From an uncultured Rhodospirillales bacterium (lineage in GTDB: Bacteria; Pseudomonadota; Alphaproteobacteria; CAZRBL01): a stretch of 64,000 nt of DNA. Numbering within the stretch: position 1 is the first letter of the stretch; each line of letters starts with the position of its first letter. The notes under the pieces are model-generated. The model ran no database searches, was not told where the DNA came from, and saw only the letters and a program-made list of their open reading frames with translations. A program made the position numbers and the translations under genes. Below, in pieces: positions 10,051 to 21,784 of this stretch. The stretch lies in NCBI GenBank assembly GCA_964598335.1, contig CAZRBL010000008.1, positions 3,343-67,342 on the forward strand, read 5' to 3'.

Positions 10051-10883
10051 CGGATTTCTTCGGAAATCTGAGCGTAAGCGATAAATGCGAAGAGCAGCGT
10101 TCCGCCGGCAACATTCCCGCCCAATGCCGGCAGAAGATAACCGGTCAGCATGTCGAAGAATGCTCGCTCGCCGTTGATTACGAGGAACAGCGCTTCGCCG
10201 GCGCCGGCGATGATGTGGGCGAGATCGAACAGCGCCATCGAATAGGTGATCACCACGATCTGAATGAAGGCGCTTCCCGGACTGCCGGTCATTCCCCAGA
10301 CAAGCGCCGCAATCATGAACCCGGCAACAATGCCGGTCGCAAAAACCTGCGTCGGCGGCGGGCTGACTGCCTTGATCGACAGATCGTTGAGCGCCGCCAT
10401 GATCGGGTCCGGAAGCGCAGGCGCCCAGCTGAAAAACAGCATGGCCAGCGTCACACCGATAAAATTGGCGGCGAAGACGATGACCCAGAGCCGGGCCAGC
10501 TTTCCAAGACCGTCCGTTGAGACGCGCGGCAGGATTGTCAGGACCGGGGTGATCGTGTTCTCGGTAAAAAGTTGCAGCCGCCCCAGAATAACGATGAGAA
10601 AGCCGAGACAATAGCCGAAGCTTGAAATCAGAGGCTGCCATTCAGCGTCCGGCAAATGCGCGATGATCGCCGCCTCGCCGACCGCAGACAGGCTCATTGC
10701 CGCGCCGGCGACAATGCCCGACCACCACAGCGACTGCACCGGCCTCTTGAGCTCATGGCGACCATCGAGAGCGATTTCGGAAAACACATCGACCGACGTC
10801 ACCTCCGGCTGCTTTTTGGGCGGTTCGGTATTCGACATCACCTTTGTCTGGGCGCTGCCGTCCCAATCCTCGGTCTCGTTCAT
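10047..10883 (-). CDS. Formate/nitrite transporter (FNT, YfdC-like)
   Basis: QLFTENT motif, about 6 TM helices, HIIAG and GNVAGG. Confidence 0.88.
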   Translation of the reverse strand: MNETEDWDGSAQTKVMSNTEPPKKQPEVTSVDVFSEIALDGRHELKRPVQSLWWSGIVAGAAMSLSAVGEAAIIAHLPDAEWQPLISSFGYCLGFLIVILGRLQLFTENTITPVLTILPRVSTDGLGKLARLWVIVFAANFIGVTLAMLFFSWAPALPDPIMAALNDLSIKAVSPPPTQVFATGIVAGFMIAALVWGMTGSPGSAFIQIVVITYSMALFDLAHIIAGAGEALFLVINGERAFFDMLTGYLLPALGGNVAGGTLLFAFIAYAQISEEIR

Positions 10884-10901
10884 CCCAAAACCTTTATAAC
10901 G

Positions 10902-12140
10902 CTACGTAATCGCCATGCCCGAACGCCTGTTGGGCAAAACGAGCGCGGTCAGCCCGGCAATCAGAAGCAGCGGAAAAACCACAGCCGTCAGACCCATCTC
11001 CCAGCCATAGGCGCTGATGGTCAGCGGCACAATCAGCGGGAACACGGCAAAGCCCATGCTGAGCGGTGCGGAAGCGCAGACCGCCAGGCCGCTGGCCCGG
11101 ATCGCCGCCGGGTAAAGCTCTCCGATGATCACCGCGACGACGGCCTGCGAGCCGAAGAACAGCGTCGCCATCACCCCGAACCACAGCAGGTCCTGGTCAG
11201 GATTGTCGGACAGCCAGAGCAGCCCGAGCAGTGTGGCCGAGCCGGCAACGCACCAGATCGCGAAGACATTGCGACGGGTGATGACGAATTCGCCGACAAA
11301 GGCGGCCACAAGATAGCCGATGATGCCGATGCCGTTGGACAGCCCTACCAGCCAGGTCGCTTCGGCCGGGGTGTAGCCGCGTTGCTCGACAAAAAATGTT
11401 GGAAAGAAGAACACCGATCCGGCATAGGCGCCGCCGAAGGTGAAGAACATCACCATGCTGGCAAGGCTGGTGCGGCGATGCTCGGCGCTGAACAGCAGCG
11501 CTACACGCTGCCGCCAGCCCAGAGTGACCTCCGTTTCCTGCGGCTGCGGACCGACCGGCGCCGCCTTGCGATAGCGCCGCAGCACCAGATAGATCGGGAT
11601 ACAGAACGGCATGACGATAAAGCCGATCATGCAGACGACCCGCCAATCGGCGACCGCCAGCAGCGGCGCGGCCAACAGCGAGGCGATGAACCAGCCCAGC
11701 GGATAGCCGCACTGCAATATCCCCATGGCGATCCCGCGATAGCGCGGTGCGGCATTCTCAACGACAATCGCATTGGTGATCGGCCCGAGCCCGCCGCTCA
11801 GCCCGAAACCTATCGCACGCAGCACAGTCAGCGAGATCGCGCCAGCCGCCAGCCCCTGCAGCCCGACAAACAGCGCCGAGAAAAACAGCAGCAACACCAT
11901 CACCACCTCCCGCCCATAGCGGTCGGCCAGAATCCCGGCCGGGATGATGACGATGGCGGCAACGATAAAGGACACCGTCAGGATCGTCCCCGCCGCCTCC
12001 AGCGGCAACGCAAACTCCACCAGAATGCCAGGCAGCGCATAGCCGAACAACGACTGATCCATATTGGTCAGCGTCCAGACCAGCAGGCAGATGACAAACA
12101 GCGCGGGCGTGGCGCCGAGGATCTGCCGTATTACTCCCAC
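10902..12140 (-). CDS. MFS transporter (aromatic acid/sialate-like)
   Basis: GILADRYGR motif [10 protein letters not shown] and ELYPAAIRA, about 12 TMs. The start overlaps the end of guaA. Confidence 0.88.
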   Translation of the reverse strand: MGVIRQILGATPALFVICLLVWTLTNMDQSLFGYALPGILVEFALPLEAAGTILTVSFIVAAIVIIPAGILADRYGREVVMVLLLFFSALFVGLQGLAAGAISLTVLRAIGFGLSGGLGPITNAIVVENAAPRYRGIAMGILQCGYPLGWFIASLLAAPLLAVADWRVVCMIGFIVMPFCIPIYLVLRRYRKAAPVGPQPQETEVTLGWRQRVALLFSAEHRRTSLASMVMFFTFGGAYAGSVFFFPTFFVEQRGYTPAEATWLVGLSNGIGIIGYLVAAFVGEFVITRRNVFAIWCVAGSATLLGLLWLSDNPDQDLLWFGVMATLFFGSQAVVAVIIGELYPAAIRASGLAVCASAPLSMGFAVFPLIVPLTISAYGWEMGLTAVVFPLLLIAGLTALVLPNRRSGMAIT

Positions 12141-13705
12141 TCGATGGTTCCCGGCGGTTTTGAGGTGATGTCGTAGACCACCCGGTTGATGCCGCGGACT
12201 TCGTTGATGATGCGGGTGGCGACGCGGCCGAGGAAGTCGTGCGGGAAGGGGTAATAGTCTGCGGTCATGCCGTCGGTGGCGGTTACGGCGCGCAGGGCGC
12301 AGACATGATCATATGACCGGCTGTCCCCCATCACGCCGACGGTTTTCACCGGCAGCAGCACCGCGAAGGCCTGCCAGATCGCGTCATAGAGGCCGGCGGT
12401 TTCGATCTCTTCGAGGAAGATGACATCGGCGGCGCGCAATATGTCCAGTTTTTCGCCGGTGATCTCGCCCGGCAGGCGAATCGCAAGGCCGGGACCGGGA
12501 AAGGGGTGGCGCTTGATGAAAGCCTCGGGCAGGCCGAGCTCGGCACCGAGCGCACGGACCTCATCCTTGAACAGCTCGCGCAACGGCTCGACCAGCTTCA
12601 TATTCATCCGCTCGGGCAGGCCGCCGACATTATGGTGCGATTTGATCGTCACGCTCGGCCCGCCGGTAAAGCTGACACTTTCGATGACATCGGGGTAGAG
12701 CGTGCCCTGGGCAAGGAACTCTGCCCCGCCGATCCTGGCCGCCTCGGCCTCGAAAACGTCGATAAAGGTGGCGCCGATGATCTTGCGCTTCTTTTCCGGA
12801 TCGGTGACCCCTTCGAGCTTGCCGAGGAACAGATCTTGCGCCTGCGAATGGACCAGCGGGATATTGAAATGGCCGCGAAACAGGCTGACCACCTGCTCGC
12901 CCTCGCCGGCCCGCAGCATACCGGTATCGACGAAGATGCAGGTGAGTTGATCGCCGATCGCCTCATGCAGCAGGACCGCCGTCACCGCGCTGTCGACACC
13001 GCCGGACAGGCCGCAGATGACCCGGGCATCGCCGACCTTGGCACGAATGCGGGCGATTTCCTCCTCGCGAAAGGCGGCCATCGTCCAGTCGGCGGCGCAG
13101 CCGCAGATTCCGACGACAAAATTTTTCAGCAGCGCCGCGCCATGCGGTGTGTGAACGACCTCGGGATGAAACTGCACGCCGTAGAAATGCCGCTCAGCAT
13201 CGGCGATGGCGGCGAAGGGGGCGCCGTCGCTGACGCCGATCACGGAGAAACCGGCGGGCAGGTCGATCACCCTGTCACCATGGCTCATCCACACCTGTTC
13301 GCGCTGGCCGTCGCTCCAGACGCCGTCGAAAAGGGGGCTGTCGCCCGTGACGCTGAGATAGGCGCGGCCGAATTCGCGGTGGTCGGCGATATCCACCTTG
13401 CCGCCAAGCTGCGCGACCATGGTCTGCTGGCCGTAGCAAATGCCGAGGATCGGTATCCCGGCCTCGAACAGGAATGACGGCGCGCTCGGGGCGTTTTCTC
13501 CGGTGACGGAGGCGGGACCGCCGGACAGGATCAGCCCGCGCGGGCTGAAATCGGCCAGGCTTTCTTCGGTGACATTGTTAAAGGGCCAGATCTCGGAATA
13601 AACGCCCGCTTCGCGAACCCGGCGGGCGATCAGCTGGGTAACCTGTGACCCGAAATCGACGATTAGGATGCGGTCATGCGGCGAGTCCGCCGCAATCTCC
13701 GCCAT
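12131..13705 (-). CDS. guaA: GMP synthase (glutamine-hydrolysing)
   Basis: DFGSQ, GICYG, SGGVDS, KSHHN and C-terminal KPPGTIEWE. Confidence 0.98.
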   Translation of the reverse strand: MAEIAADSPHDRILIVDFGSQVTQLIARRVREAGVYSEIWPFNNVTEESLADFSPRGLILSGGPASVTGENAPSAPSFLFEAGIPILGICYGQQTMVAQLGGKVDIADHREFGRAYLSVTGDSPLFDGVWSDGQREQVWMSHGDRVIDLPAGFSVIGVSDGAPFAAIADAERHFYGVQFHPEVVHTPHGAALLKNFVVGICGCAADWTMAAFREEEIARIRAKVGDARVICGLSGGVDSAVTAVLLHEAIGDQLTCIFVDTGMLRAGEGEQVVSLFRGHFNIPLVHSQAQDLFLGKLEGVTDPEKKRKIIGATFIDVFEAEAARIGGAEFLAQGTLYPDVIESVSFTGGPSVTIKSHHNVGGLPERMNMKLVEPLRELFKDEVRALGAELGLPEAFIKRHPFPGPGLAIRLPGEITGEKLDILRAADVIFLEEIETAGLYDAIWQAFAVLLPVKTVGVMGDSRSYDHVCALRAVTATDGMTADYYPFPHDFLGRVATRIINEVRGINRVVYDITSKPPGTIEWE

Positions 13706-14268
13706 CAGAACAGATCGTCTTCATCATGGGCGAGGGCGCTGAGATCGTGCCAGCCATAGCTGGCCTCGGCCACTTCCTCGCCGAAAAGTTTCATCACCCG
13801 CGGGCCGATGGGCACCGCACCCAGCGCACAATAAAAGCGCCGCGCCGGCATATTGCTGGCCAGCGCCCAGACCAGCGCCGAGGATAGGCCGCGCGCCATC
13901 ATAACGCGCGACATCGCCTGCAGAAGCCGCGTGCCGACGCCCTGGCGCTGGATCTGCGGCATCAGATACATGGAATAGATTTCACCGGCGAAGCCCGGAA
14001 CATTGCCGCGCTGGGTGCCGAAGGCGCCGAAGCCAAGAACCCCGACATCTTCGGCATCCAGCACGAGGACGATCTCCTTCGGATCGGGCTCGCTGAGGAT
14101 GCGGCGCCAATGCCCGGGTCCCCAGACGGCGCTGGCGCGGTGGATGACATTGGTCGGCAGCTTGTCCTCATAGGCGTGCTGCCAGCTTGTGTGTTGGACG
14201 CAGGCTATGGCATCGGCGTCGTCGGGCCCGGCGGGCCTGATGTGAGCGGAAACTGTCGCGCGGGTCAT
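13705..14268 (-). CDS. GNAT N-acetyltransferase
   Basis: QRQGVGTRL acetyl-CoA motif; N..ARRFY..LG. Confidence 0.85.
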   Translation of the reverse strand: MTRATVSAHIRPAGPDDADAIACVQHTSWQHAYEDKLPTNVIHRASAVWGPGHWRRILSEPDPKEIVLVLDAEDVGVLGFGAFGTQRGNVPGFAGEIYSMYLMPQIQRQGVGTRLLQAMSRVMMARGLSSALVWALASNMPARRFYCALGAVPIGPRVMKLFGEEVAEASYGWHDLSALAHDEDDLF

Positions 14269-14314
14269 GCGGCTTGAAATAGGCGACTCTAGGGAATGTC
14301 TAGGGCAAAAATAC

Positions 14315-15667
14315 CTATAATCCGTCGGAAGTCGAGCGGAAAGGGTCAGTTTTCTCTGCTTGCGGGGCTTCTGCCTCGCGCTCCAGCACCGCCGCGAAGA
14401 AGCCGTTGGTGCCGTGGCGGTGCGGAGTCATCGTCAGGTAAGCGGCATCGCCGTCGATAAGCGGTGAGCCTTCGGGCAGGCTGTCCGAGAGCGGCAGCAG
14501 CCGGTAATCGGCACGTCCCTCCAGTAATTGCGCGACCTGCTTCTGGTTTTCGTCGGGCAGGAGGGAGCAGGTCGCGTAGATCAGCCGGCCCCCCGGCTTG
14601 ACCAGACGCGCCGCGTTTTGCAGCAGCTCGGCTTGAACCGGGATCAACGCCTCGGGTTTCGGGATTTTGCCGCGCCAGCGAATATCCGGGCTGCGGGCCC
14701 AGGTGCCGGTGCCGCTGCAGGGCGCATCGACCAGAACGCGGTCGAATTTCTTGTGCTGCCGTTTCAGCCAGCGGTCCCCGCTCTCCTTCAACAGCCGCGT
14801 TTCGATATTGTGCAGCCCGGCGCGCTTGGCGCGATCCTTGGTTTTGACCAGCCGCGCTTCAATGATGTCGGCAGCGACGACACGGCCCGAACCGGCCATA
14901 TCGGCGGCCAGAGCGAGGCTTTTGCCGCCCGCTCCGGCGCACAGGTCGAGGATTTGCATGCCGGGCTGTGCACCGACCATGGCGGCGGCGACCTGGCTGC
15001 TCTCATCCTGGATTTCGATGCGGCCCTTTTTGAACAGCGGATGGACGACGAGATTGGGCCGTCCCGTTACGCGCAGGCAGTGCGCTGCATAGGGCCCGGG
15101 CGTTGCCGTGAAGCCGTCCCGGCTGAGCCGTTCAAGGATCATGGCGCGATCGCCCTTGACGGCATTGACGCGGATATGGACGCCGAGTTCCTCATTCAGC
15201 GCCTGCATTTCCGCAAGAAAGTCGGCGCCGAGCGCAGCTCGCAACGGCGCTTCGGCCCATTCCGGGCATTCGGCGCGAACCCGTTCGGGCATGGCGTCCT
15301 GTTCAAGCGCCTGCCCGGAGAGCTTTGCCAGTAGCTCGGTTTCCGCCTCATTCAGCGGCTCGGGTGCATATTTGCCGCCGCCGAACAGCGCCGCAACTTT
15401 GCTCGGCTCACCGGGCTCCAGGGCCATGAACGCCAGCAGCAGGGATCGGCCATCGACCGCCATGCCCGCCTGATCCAGCCACCAGCCGAGCCGTACGCGG
15501 CGGCGCAGAACGGCATACACCGTCTGGATGATCCAGCCGCGATCCTTCGATCCGGCATAGCGGCGGCGCCTGAAATAATCGCTGATCGCGGCATCGACGG
15601 GCACGTCGGCCGCCATGATGCGCGTGGCAATATCGATTGCGGCCTGAAGCCGCGCGGCGGGTTTCAT
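14315..15667 (-). CDS. RsmB/NOP family RNA m5C methyltransferase
   Basis: IQDESSQ, DLCAGAGGKS, DAPCSGTG and YATCS motifs; usual position next to guaB. Confidence 0.93.
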   Translation of the reverse strand: MKPAARLQAAIDIATRIMAADVPVDAAISDYFRRRRYAGSKDRGWIIQTVYAVLRRRVRLGWWLDQAGMAVDGRSLLLAFMALEPGEPSKVAALFGGGKYAPEPLNEAETELLAKLSGQALEQDAMPERVRAECPEWAEAPLRAALGADFLAEMQALNEELGVHIRVNAVKGDRAMILERLSRDGFTATPGPYAAHCLRVTGRPNLVVHPLFKKGRIEIQDESSQVAAAMVGAQPGMQILDLCAGAGGKSLALAADMAGSGRVVAADIIEARLVKTKDRAKRAGLHNIETRLLKESGDRWLKRQHKKFDRVLVDAPCSGTGTWARSPDIRWRGKIPKPEALIPVQAELLQNAARLVKPGGRLIYATCSLLPDENQKQVAQLLEGRADYRLLPLSDSLPEGSPLIDGDAAYLTMTPHRHGTNGFFAAVLEREAEAPQAEKTDPFRSTSDGL

Positions 15668-15688
15668 GACGCGGGCCCGGGCGGTGGG

Positions 15689-17245
<1,557 letters not shown>

Positions 17246-17364
17246 TCAGGCAGAGGGAAGGGGCATGGGAGCGCCGATGACCGCGGAGCGTTTCTACAAG
17301 AAATCGATTGACTTTTCATGAAATATGTCATTTATGTTACAAAACAGAGTGAGAGGAACAGCCC

Positions 17365-18249
17365 ATGTCCCGGTCGATCCGCCGCATGCAGCGTCAAAAG
17401 CGATTGCATGATGAGCGCAAAACAGAGCGAGACGCGGCGCAGTTACGTCCGTTTCACGCGGCGATAATCAGCCTGCTGCGCAGCGAACCGGGCAAGCATC
17501 CGGCCAATCAGGAGGCGTCGCTGTTTTCCCGTGAAGTGCTTTCGGTAATCAATCAGCCCGGTTTGGGCTGGAAACTCCCAGAAGGTTCTCGGGAAGTCGA
17601 ACGCAGCACACCTCTGGGCCTGCCCGAGGGCGTTGACGAGCTGTTGCAACAGATCGAGAAACCTTCGCTGAGTGCCGAGCAGAAGTTGCGTCTGGCCGAT
17701 GCGGAGCCGTCGGCGATCCGTCAATTCTATGGTGATACCCTCGCGCCCGGTATTCATGAGAAGCACGCGGCGAAACAGATCGTGGTGCACGATCCGATGG
17801 ATGCCATTGAGGCCGTTAGCGGCCGTTTCGTGATTCTGCGGGACCGCGATCCCGACAGCATGAGCCGGTCGCGCGCCGGGATGACGCCGCTTGATCCGCC
17901 ACGGCTGATGTTGATACGCGGCGGGGCGACATCGACGGCGAAGGATACCGGACGCAATGCGCTTTTCGTCTATGGCCATCTGGTCGATCGGGCTGAGGCT
18001 AAGCGGATGAACCGGGAAATGCGTCAGGATCCGCTTTTTGCCGATCGCGCAAAGGACAATGCCGAGGTCATCCGCGCCTTTGAGGCCGAAGAAGCCATGC
18101 TCGCGGGCTATAACGCCTCGATCGCCAGAGCGCGCCGCGATGCCGATCTTGACCGCAGGGAAAAGGCGGAGATCGGTCAGGCCCGCAATGAGAGGCTGAC
18201 AGCGATGCTGAAGCGCGCGCCCGACCCGACGGCGCATCCGGTTTGGTGA
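17365..18249 (+). CDS. Hypothetical (orphan) protein, 294 aa
   Basis: GAGAGGA RBS and AT-rich upstream region with TTGACT; fills the gap between guaB and rlmE exactly; no motif recognised. Confidence 0.7.
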   Translation: MSRSIRRMQRQKRLHDERKTERDAAQLRPFHAAIISLLRSEPGKHPANQEASLFSREVLSVINQPGLGWKLPEGSREVERSTPLGLPEGVDELLQQIEKPSLSAEQKLRLADAEPSAIRQFYGDTLAPGIHEKHAAKQIVVHDPMDAIEAVSGRFVILRDRDPDSMSRSRAGMTPLDPPRLMLIRGGATSTAKDTGRNALFVYGHLVDRAEAKRMNREMRQDPLFADRAKDNAEVIRAFEAEEAMLAGYNASIARARRDADLDRREKAEIGQARNERLTAMLKRAPDPTAHPVW

Positions 18250-18933
18250 TCACGGCCGAAAGCCCTGCGCGACGATATAGAGCTCGGCGCTGTCGGCGCG
18301 GCTGGCGTCGGGTTTGACATGTTTGACGGTGGCGAAGCGCTGCTTGAGCGGATCGAGCAGGGATTTCTCGGCGCCGCCCTGAAACAGCTTGCAGACAAAG
18401 GCACCGCCCGGCGCCAGCACCTCTTCGGCGAATGCATAGGCGGTCTCGGCAAGGCCCATGATGCGCAAATGATCGGTCTTGGTATGGCCGGTCGTCGGCG
18501 CCGCCATGTCCGACAGGACCAGATCGGCAGCGCCGTTCAGGGCGTTGCGTAACCGCTCGGGCGCATCCTCGGCGAGGAAATCCATGGTCAGGATCTCGAC
18601 GCCCGCCAGGGTTTCCATCGGCAGGATATCGAGCGCGACCACTTTGCAGCCCTTTTCCGCCAGTATCTGGCTCCAGCCGCCGGGGGCAGCGCCAAGATCG
18701 ACGGCCTTCAGGCCGGGCTTGAGCAGCCCGCATTTCTCGTCGAGTTGCAGCAGCTTGAAGGCGGCGCGGCTGCGATAGCCCAGCCGTTTGGCTTCCTTCA
18801 CATAGGGATCATTGAGCTGCCGCTCGAGCCAGCGTGTCGAGCCCAGCTTGCGGCCGCGCGCGGTCTTCACCTTCTGATGCAGCATCCGCCCGCCGCCGCG
18901 CGGCCGGCTGCCGCCCTTGCCTTTAGGCGGCAT
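18250..18933 (-). CDS. rlmE: 23S rRNA Um2552 methyltransferase
   Basis: GYRSRAAFKL, DLGAAPGGWSQ, SDMAA and KPDASR. Confidence 0.96.
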   Translation of the reverse strand: MPPKGKGGSRPRGGGRMLHQKVKTARGRKLGSTRWLERQLNDPYVKEAKRLGYRSRAAFKLLQLDEKCGLLKPGLKAVDLGAAPGGWSQILAEKGCKVVALDILPMETLAGVEILTMDFLAEDAPERLRNALNGAADLVLSDMAAPTTGHTKTDHLRIMGLAETAYAFAEEVLAPGGAFVCKLFQGGAEKSLLDPLKQRFATVKHVKPDASRADSAELYIVAQGFRP

Positions 18934-19612
18934 CGCGTAGCTCGCTCAGACGCAGCTTTTGGCGCCCATCGGCATCGAAATTGGTGGGGTCAAGCCAGGC
19001 CTCGAAACCGGCTTCGATCATCGGCCATTCGTCGTCGATGATCGAGAACCAGGCGGTATCGCGGTTCCTGCCGCGCACGACCATGTCGTTGCGGAAGGTG
19101 CCTTCATAGGTAAAACCGAGGCGCAGCGCGGCGCGCCTCGATTCCTCATTGGCCGCATTGCATTTCCACTCATAGCGGCGATAGCCGAGATCGAAGACGT
19201 GGCTTGCGAGCAGATAGTGCGCCTCGGTCGCGGCGCGACTGCGCTGCAGGGCCCGACCGTGAATGACACAGCCGATTTCGACGCTGCCATGTTCGGGCCG
19301 CAGCCGCATATAGCCGGCGGTCCCCAGCGCCTCGCCGCTCTCCCTGGCGACAATCGTCATCACGCGCCACGCGCCGCTGTCCTGCTTTGCGCTGAGCGCT
19401 GCACCGAGCGGATCGCCGCTGTCGAAAGGTCCGATCGGCAGATAGCGCCAGATGGCGGCATTCTCCGGCCCGGTGAGATAGCGCGTCAAACCCCGGCGGT
19501 GACGCGGCCAGTCGAACGGCTCCAGGCAGATTTCTTCGCCGCTGATCACCGTATCGCCGGGCAGAGCCCGAGGGGTGAAGCCGGCAAGCGGGTCAGCGAA
19601 CGCTGTCGACAT
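18923..19612 (-). CDS. GNAT acetyltransferase, RimJ/RimL-like
   Basis: YRRYEWKCN...SRRAALRLGF.YEG.FR...GRNRDTAWFSI. Confidence 0.9.
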   Translation of the reverse strand: MSTAFADPLAGFTPRALPGDTVISGEEICLEPFDWPRHRRGLTRYLTGPENAAIWRYLPIGPFDSGDPLGAALSAKQDSGAWRVMTIVARESGEALGTAGYMRLRPEHGSVEIGCVIHGRALQRSRAATEAHYLLASHVFDLGYRRYEWKCNAANEESRRAALRLGFTYEGTFRNDMVVRGRNRDTAWFSIIDDEWPMIEAGFEAWLDPTNFDADGRQKLRLSELRDAA

Positions 19613-20237
19613 AGGTGATATCCTCGGGCAGGGAGAAAACCGCCGGATCGACCGGTCCGATATCGATATCCATCGCCGTCATGACCCGTGCCCGGCCGTA
19701 AAGCCGCGCCATGGTCTCAATCGCAATACCCCGCCAAAGACAGGCTTCCGAAAGCGGGCCGTCGGGGTCACCGGTCAGCAGGCGCCGGTAAACGGCGCAG
19801 GGCCGACCGTCAATCATGCGGGTTTCGCCGGAGGCGGCAAAGCCATTCAGCCGATACATGGCGACAGAGAGCAATTCGCCCTCGGCCGCGCTTTGCTCGG
19901 CGATCCGTGCCGCCGGGGGGAAGGGCCGTTGCTTCGCCTCACCGGTCTCAAGGTTGACCTCGGTAATTGCCTCGGGCGTGAACAGCAGCAGAATGCGGGT
20001 TTCCTTGCCGCTGGACGGCGTCAGGATCACCTGATGCTGCGCCCGCGTGCGGCCCCAATCGGTCCAGTAGAAGGTCGTGCGGATTTCCGTCAGACCGTTA
20101 TCATTGACGGTATCATAGCGTCCCTGCTCAACGCCGTAGACCGCGCCGGCCGGCGGCTCGGGCGTGTTCTGTGCACCGGTTGCGCCGTTCAAAGCGGTGA
20201 TGAGAACCAGCCCGAGGGCGGCGGCGATATTGTGCAT
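19593..20237 (-). CDS. Exported protein, possible LolA-like/DUF4412 beta-sheet fold
   Basis: Signal peptide; GETRMIDGRPC motif and C-terminal VDPAVFSLPED. Confidence 0.6.
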   Translation of the reverse strand: MHNIAAALGLVLITALNGATGAQNTPEPPAGAVYGVEQGRYDTVNDNGLTEIRTTFYWTDWGRTRAQHQVILTPSSGKETRILLLFTPEAITEVNLETGEAKQRPFPPAARIAEQSAAEGELLSVAMYRLNGFAASGETRMIDGRPCAVYRRLLTGDPDGPLSEACLWRGIAIETMARLYGRARVMTAMDIDIGPVDPAVFSLPEDITYVDSVR

Positions 20238-20273
20238 GGATGGGATCCGGTGTTCTCTGGTGCGGTGAGCAGA

Positions 20274-20792
20274 ATGATCCGCTATTTCGCCTATGGCTCA
20301 AACATGCTGAGCCGCCGATTGCAACGCCGGACCGCGTCGGCGCAGCCCCTGGGACCGGCCCTGTTAAGCGGCTATCGGCTGGTCTTTACCAAGCCCGGCT
20401 CGCGCTGCGGCAGCGGGAAATGCGGCATCGTCATCGACCAGGCCGCTACTGCCTGTGTGCATGGTGTGCTGTTCACGCTTGATCATCGGGAACTCGAGCT
20501 GCTCGACCGGTTTGAAGGCGTCGGCTACGGCTATCAGCGCGGCGAGGTCACGGTCCGGCCCGATGACGACAGCCCCAGCCTGACCGCAATGACTTATCTG
20601 CCGACACGGCTCGATCCCGATGTTCTGCCCTTTGACTGGTATCGCGATCTTGTCATTGCCGGAGCGCGTGAGCACGGTTTGCCCGCATCCTATATCGCTG
20701 ATCTGTCCGCCGTTGCCGCCAAGCCCGATGAGGACCGCGCGCGAGCCACCGCGCACCGTGCCTTGATCCCAAGCCGCTCTGCCGCCGTGTAA
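20274..20792 (+). CDS. Gamma-glutamylcyclotransferase family protein
   Basis: MIRYFAYGSNM, VHGVLF and LDRFEG motifs. The ORF-track start at 19575 is over-extended. Confidence 0.88.
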   Translation: MIRYFAYGSNMLSRRLQRRTASAQPLGPALLSGYRLVFTKPGSRCGSGKCGIVIDQAATACVHGVLFTLDHRELELLDRFEGVGYGYQRGEVTVRPDDDSPSLTAMTYLPTRLDPDVLPFDWYRDLVIAGAREHGLPASYIADLSAVAAKPDEDRARATAHRALIPSRSAAV

Positions 20793-21545
20793 ATGCGCGA
20801 CCTGTATGAACCACGGCTTGTTCTCGGGATCGTCATTCCCTCGATTGCCCGTGTGCCGCAGCCGGAAATGGAGGCGATGCGGCCCGCCGGGGTGATCAAC
20901 CAGATCGCCCGGGTGCATGTGCCGGCGATGGCGTTGCGCGGCGATGACGACCATCAACAGTTGATGCAGCGCATGCGCGCCGGGACGCTCGAAGCCGTTG
21001 ATTCGGTGATGAGCTGCGGTCCAGACCGCCTGATCCTGTGTACCTCCGGCGATACGGTGCGCGGCGGACCGCAGGCTGCGGCGGCGTTCCAGGCGGAAAT
21101 CGAAAAGCGCGCCGGGGTGCCGGTGACGATGCCCGGCTTTGCCCTGGACGCCGCGTTGAAAGCTGCTTTGGGCCGGGAAGCGGCAGGTGCTGCGATCGGT
21201 CTGCTGACGCCCTATCAACCGGCAGGCGATGCGGATTCCGTGGCTTTTTTCGAGGCGCTCGGCTACCGCGTCGCGGCGATCGAAGGCCTTGCCATCGATA
21301 ACCCCGCGGCATTCGCCGAGGTGCCGCCCGAAAGGCTGCGCGAAGCCGCCGAGGCGCTGCTTGGCTGCGACATTGATGCCGTAGTCCAGATGGGCACCAA
21401 TCTGGCCTTTGCCGAGCTCGCAGCTACCCTGTGGCTGCAACATGACCGCCCTGTCATCGCACTCAACACCGCACTCTACCGCCAAGCGCTGCGCGATTCC
21501 GGGATCAGCGAGCCCGTGCCGGGCTTCGGCCCTCTGATGGGCTGA
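20793..21545 (+). CDS. Maleate isomerase / arylmalonate decarboxylase-like (Asp/Glu racemase superfamily)
   Basis: LGIVIPS, IGLLTPY, VQMGTNL and PVIALN motifs; abuts the GGCT stop. Confidence 0.8.
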   Translation: MRDLYEPRLVLGIVIPSIARVPQPEMEAMRPAGVINQIARVHVPAMALRGDDDHQQLMQRMRAGTLEAVDSVMSCGPDRLILCTSGDTVRGGPQAAAAFQAEIEKRAGVPVTMPGFALDAALKAALGREAAGAAIGLLTPYQPAGDADSVAFFEALGYRVAAIEGLAIDNPAAFAEVPPERLREAAEALLGCDIDAVVQMGTNLAFAELAATLWLQHDRPVIALNTALYRQALRDSGISEPVPGFGPLMG

Positions 21546-21784
21546 GTACGACGGTCACTGCGGCTTGACCCAATGCCCGACCTTCAAGACGACCCTAAGG
21601 TCATGCGCTTATTGATAGTTGCGCCGCGTCAAGGCTGTTGCCCCTTATTGTCGAACTAGGGTCATGTAATTACACAAAGAATTGAGGGTTGAGGCGGTGT
21701 CGATCTGCAAGTATCCGGGGCCGCACAAGCGCCTTTCGGTGATGCGCTGGTGGTTCAGGATTACTCAAAAAAGGGGAGTTTGAC

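Noticed and set aside
10051-10641. Apparent N-terminal extension of the amidohydrolase (679-aa ORF)
   Set aside because: It overlaps the FNT gene out of frame; a lipoprotein signal and ATGA coupling place the real start at 10050.
19575-20273. Apparent long N-terminal fusion on the GGCT
   Set aside because: It is antisense to the exported-protein gene; the GGCT motif YFAYGSN begins right after ATG 20274.
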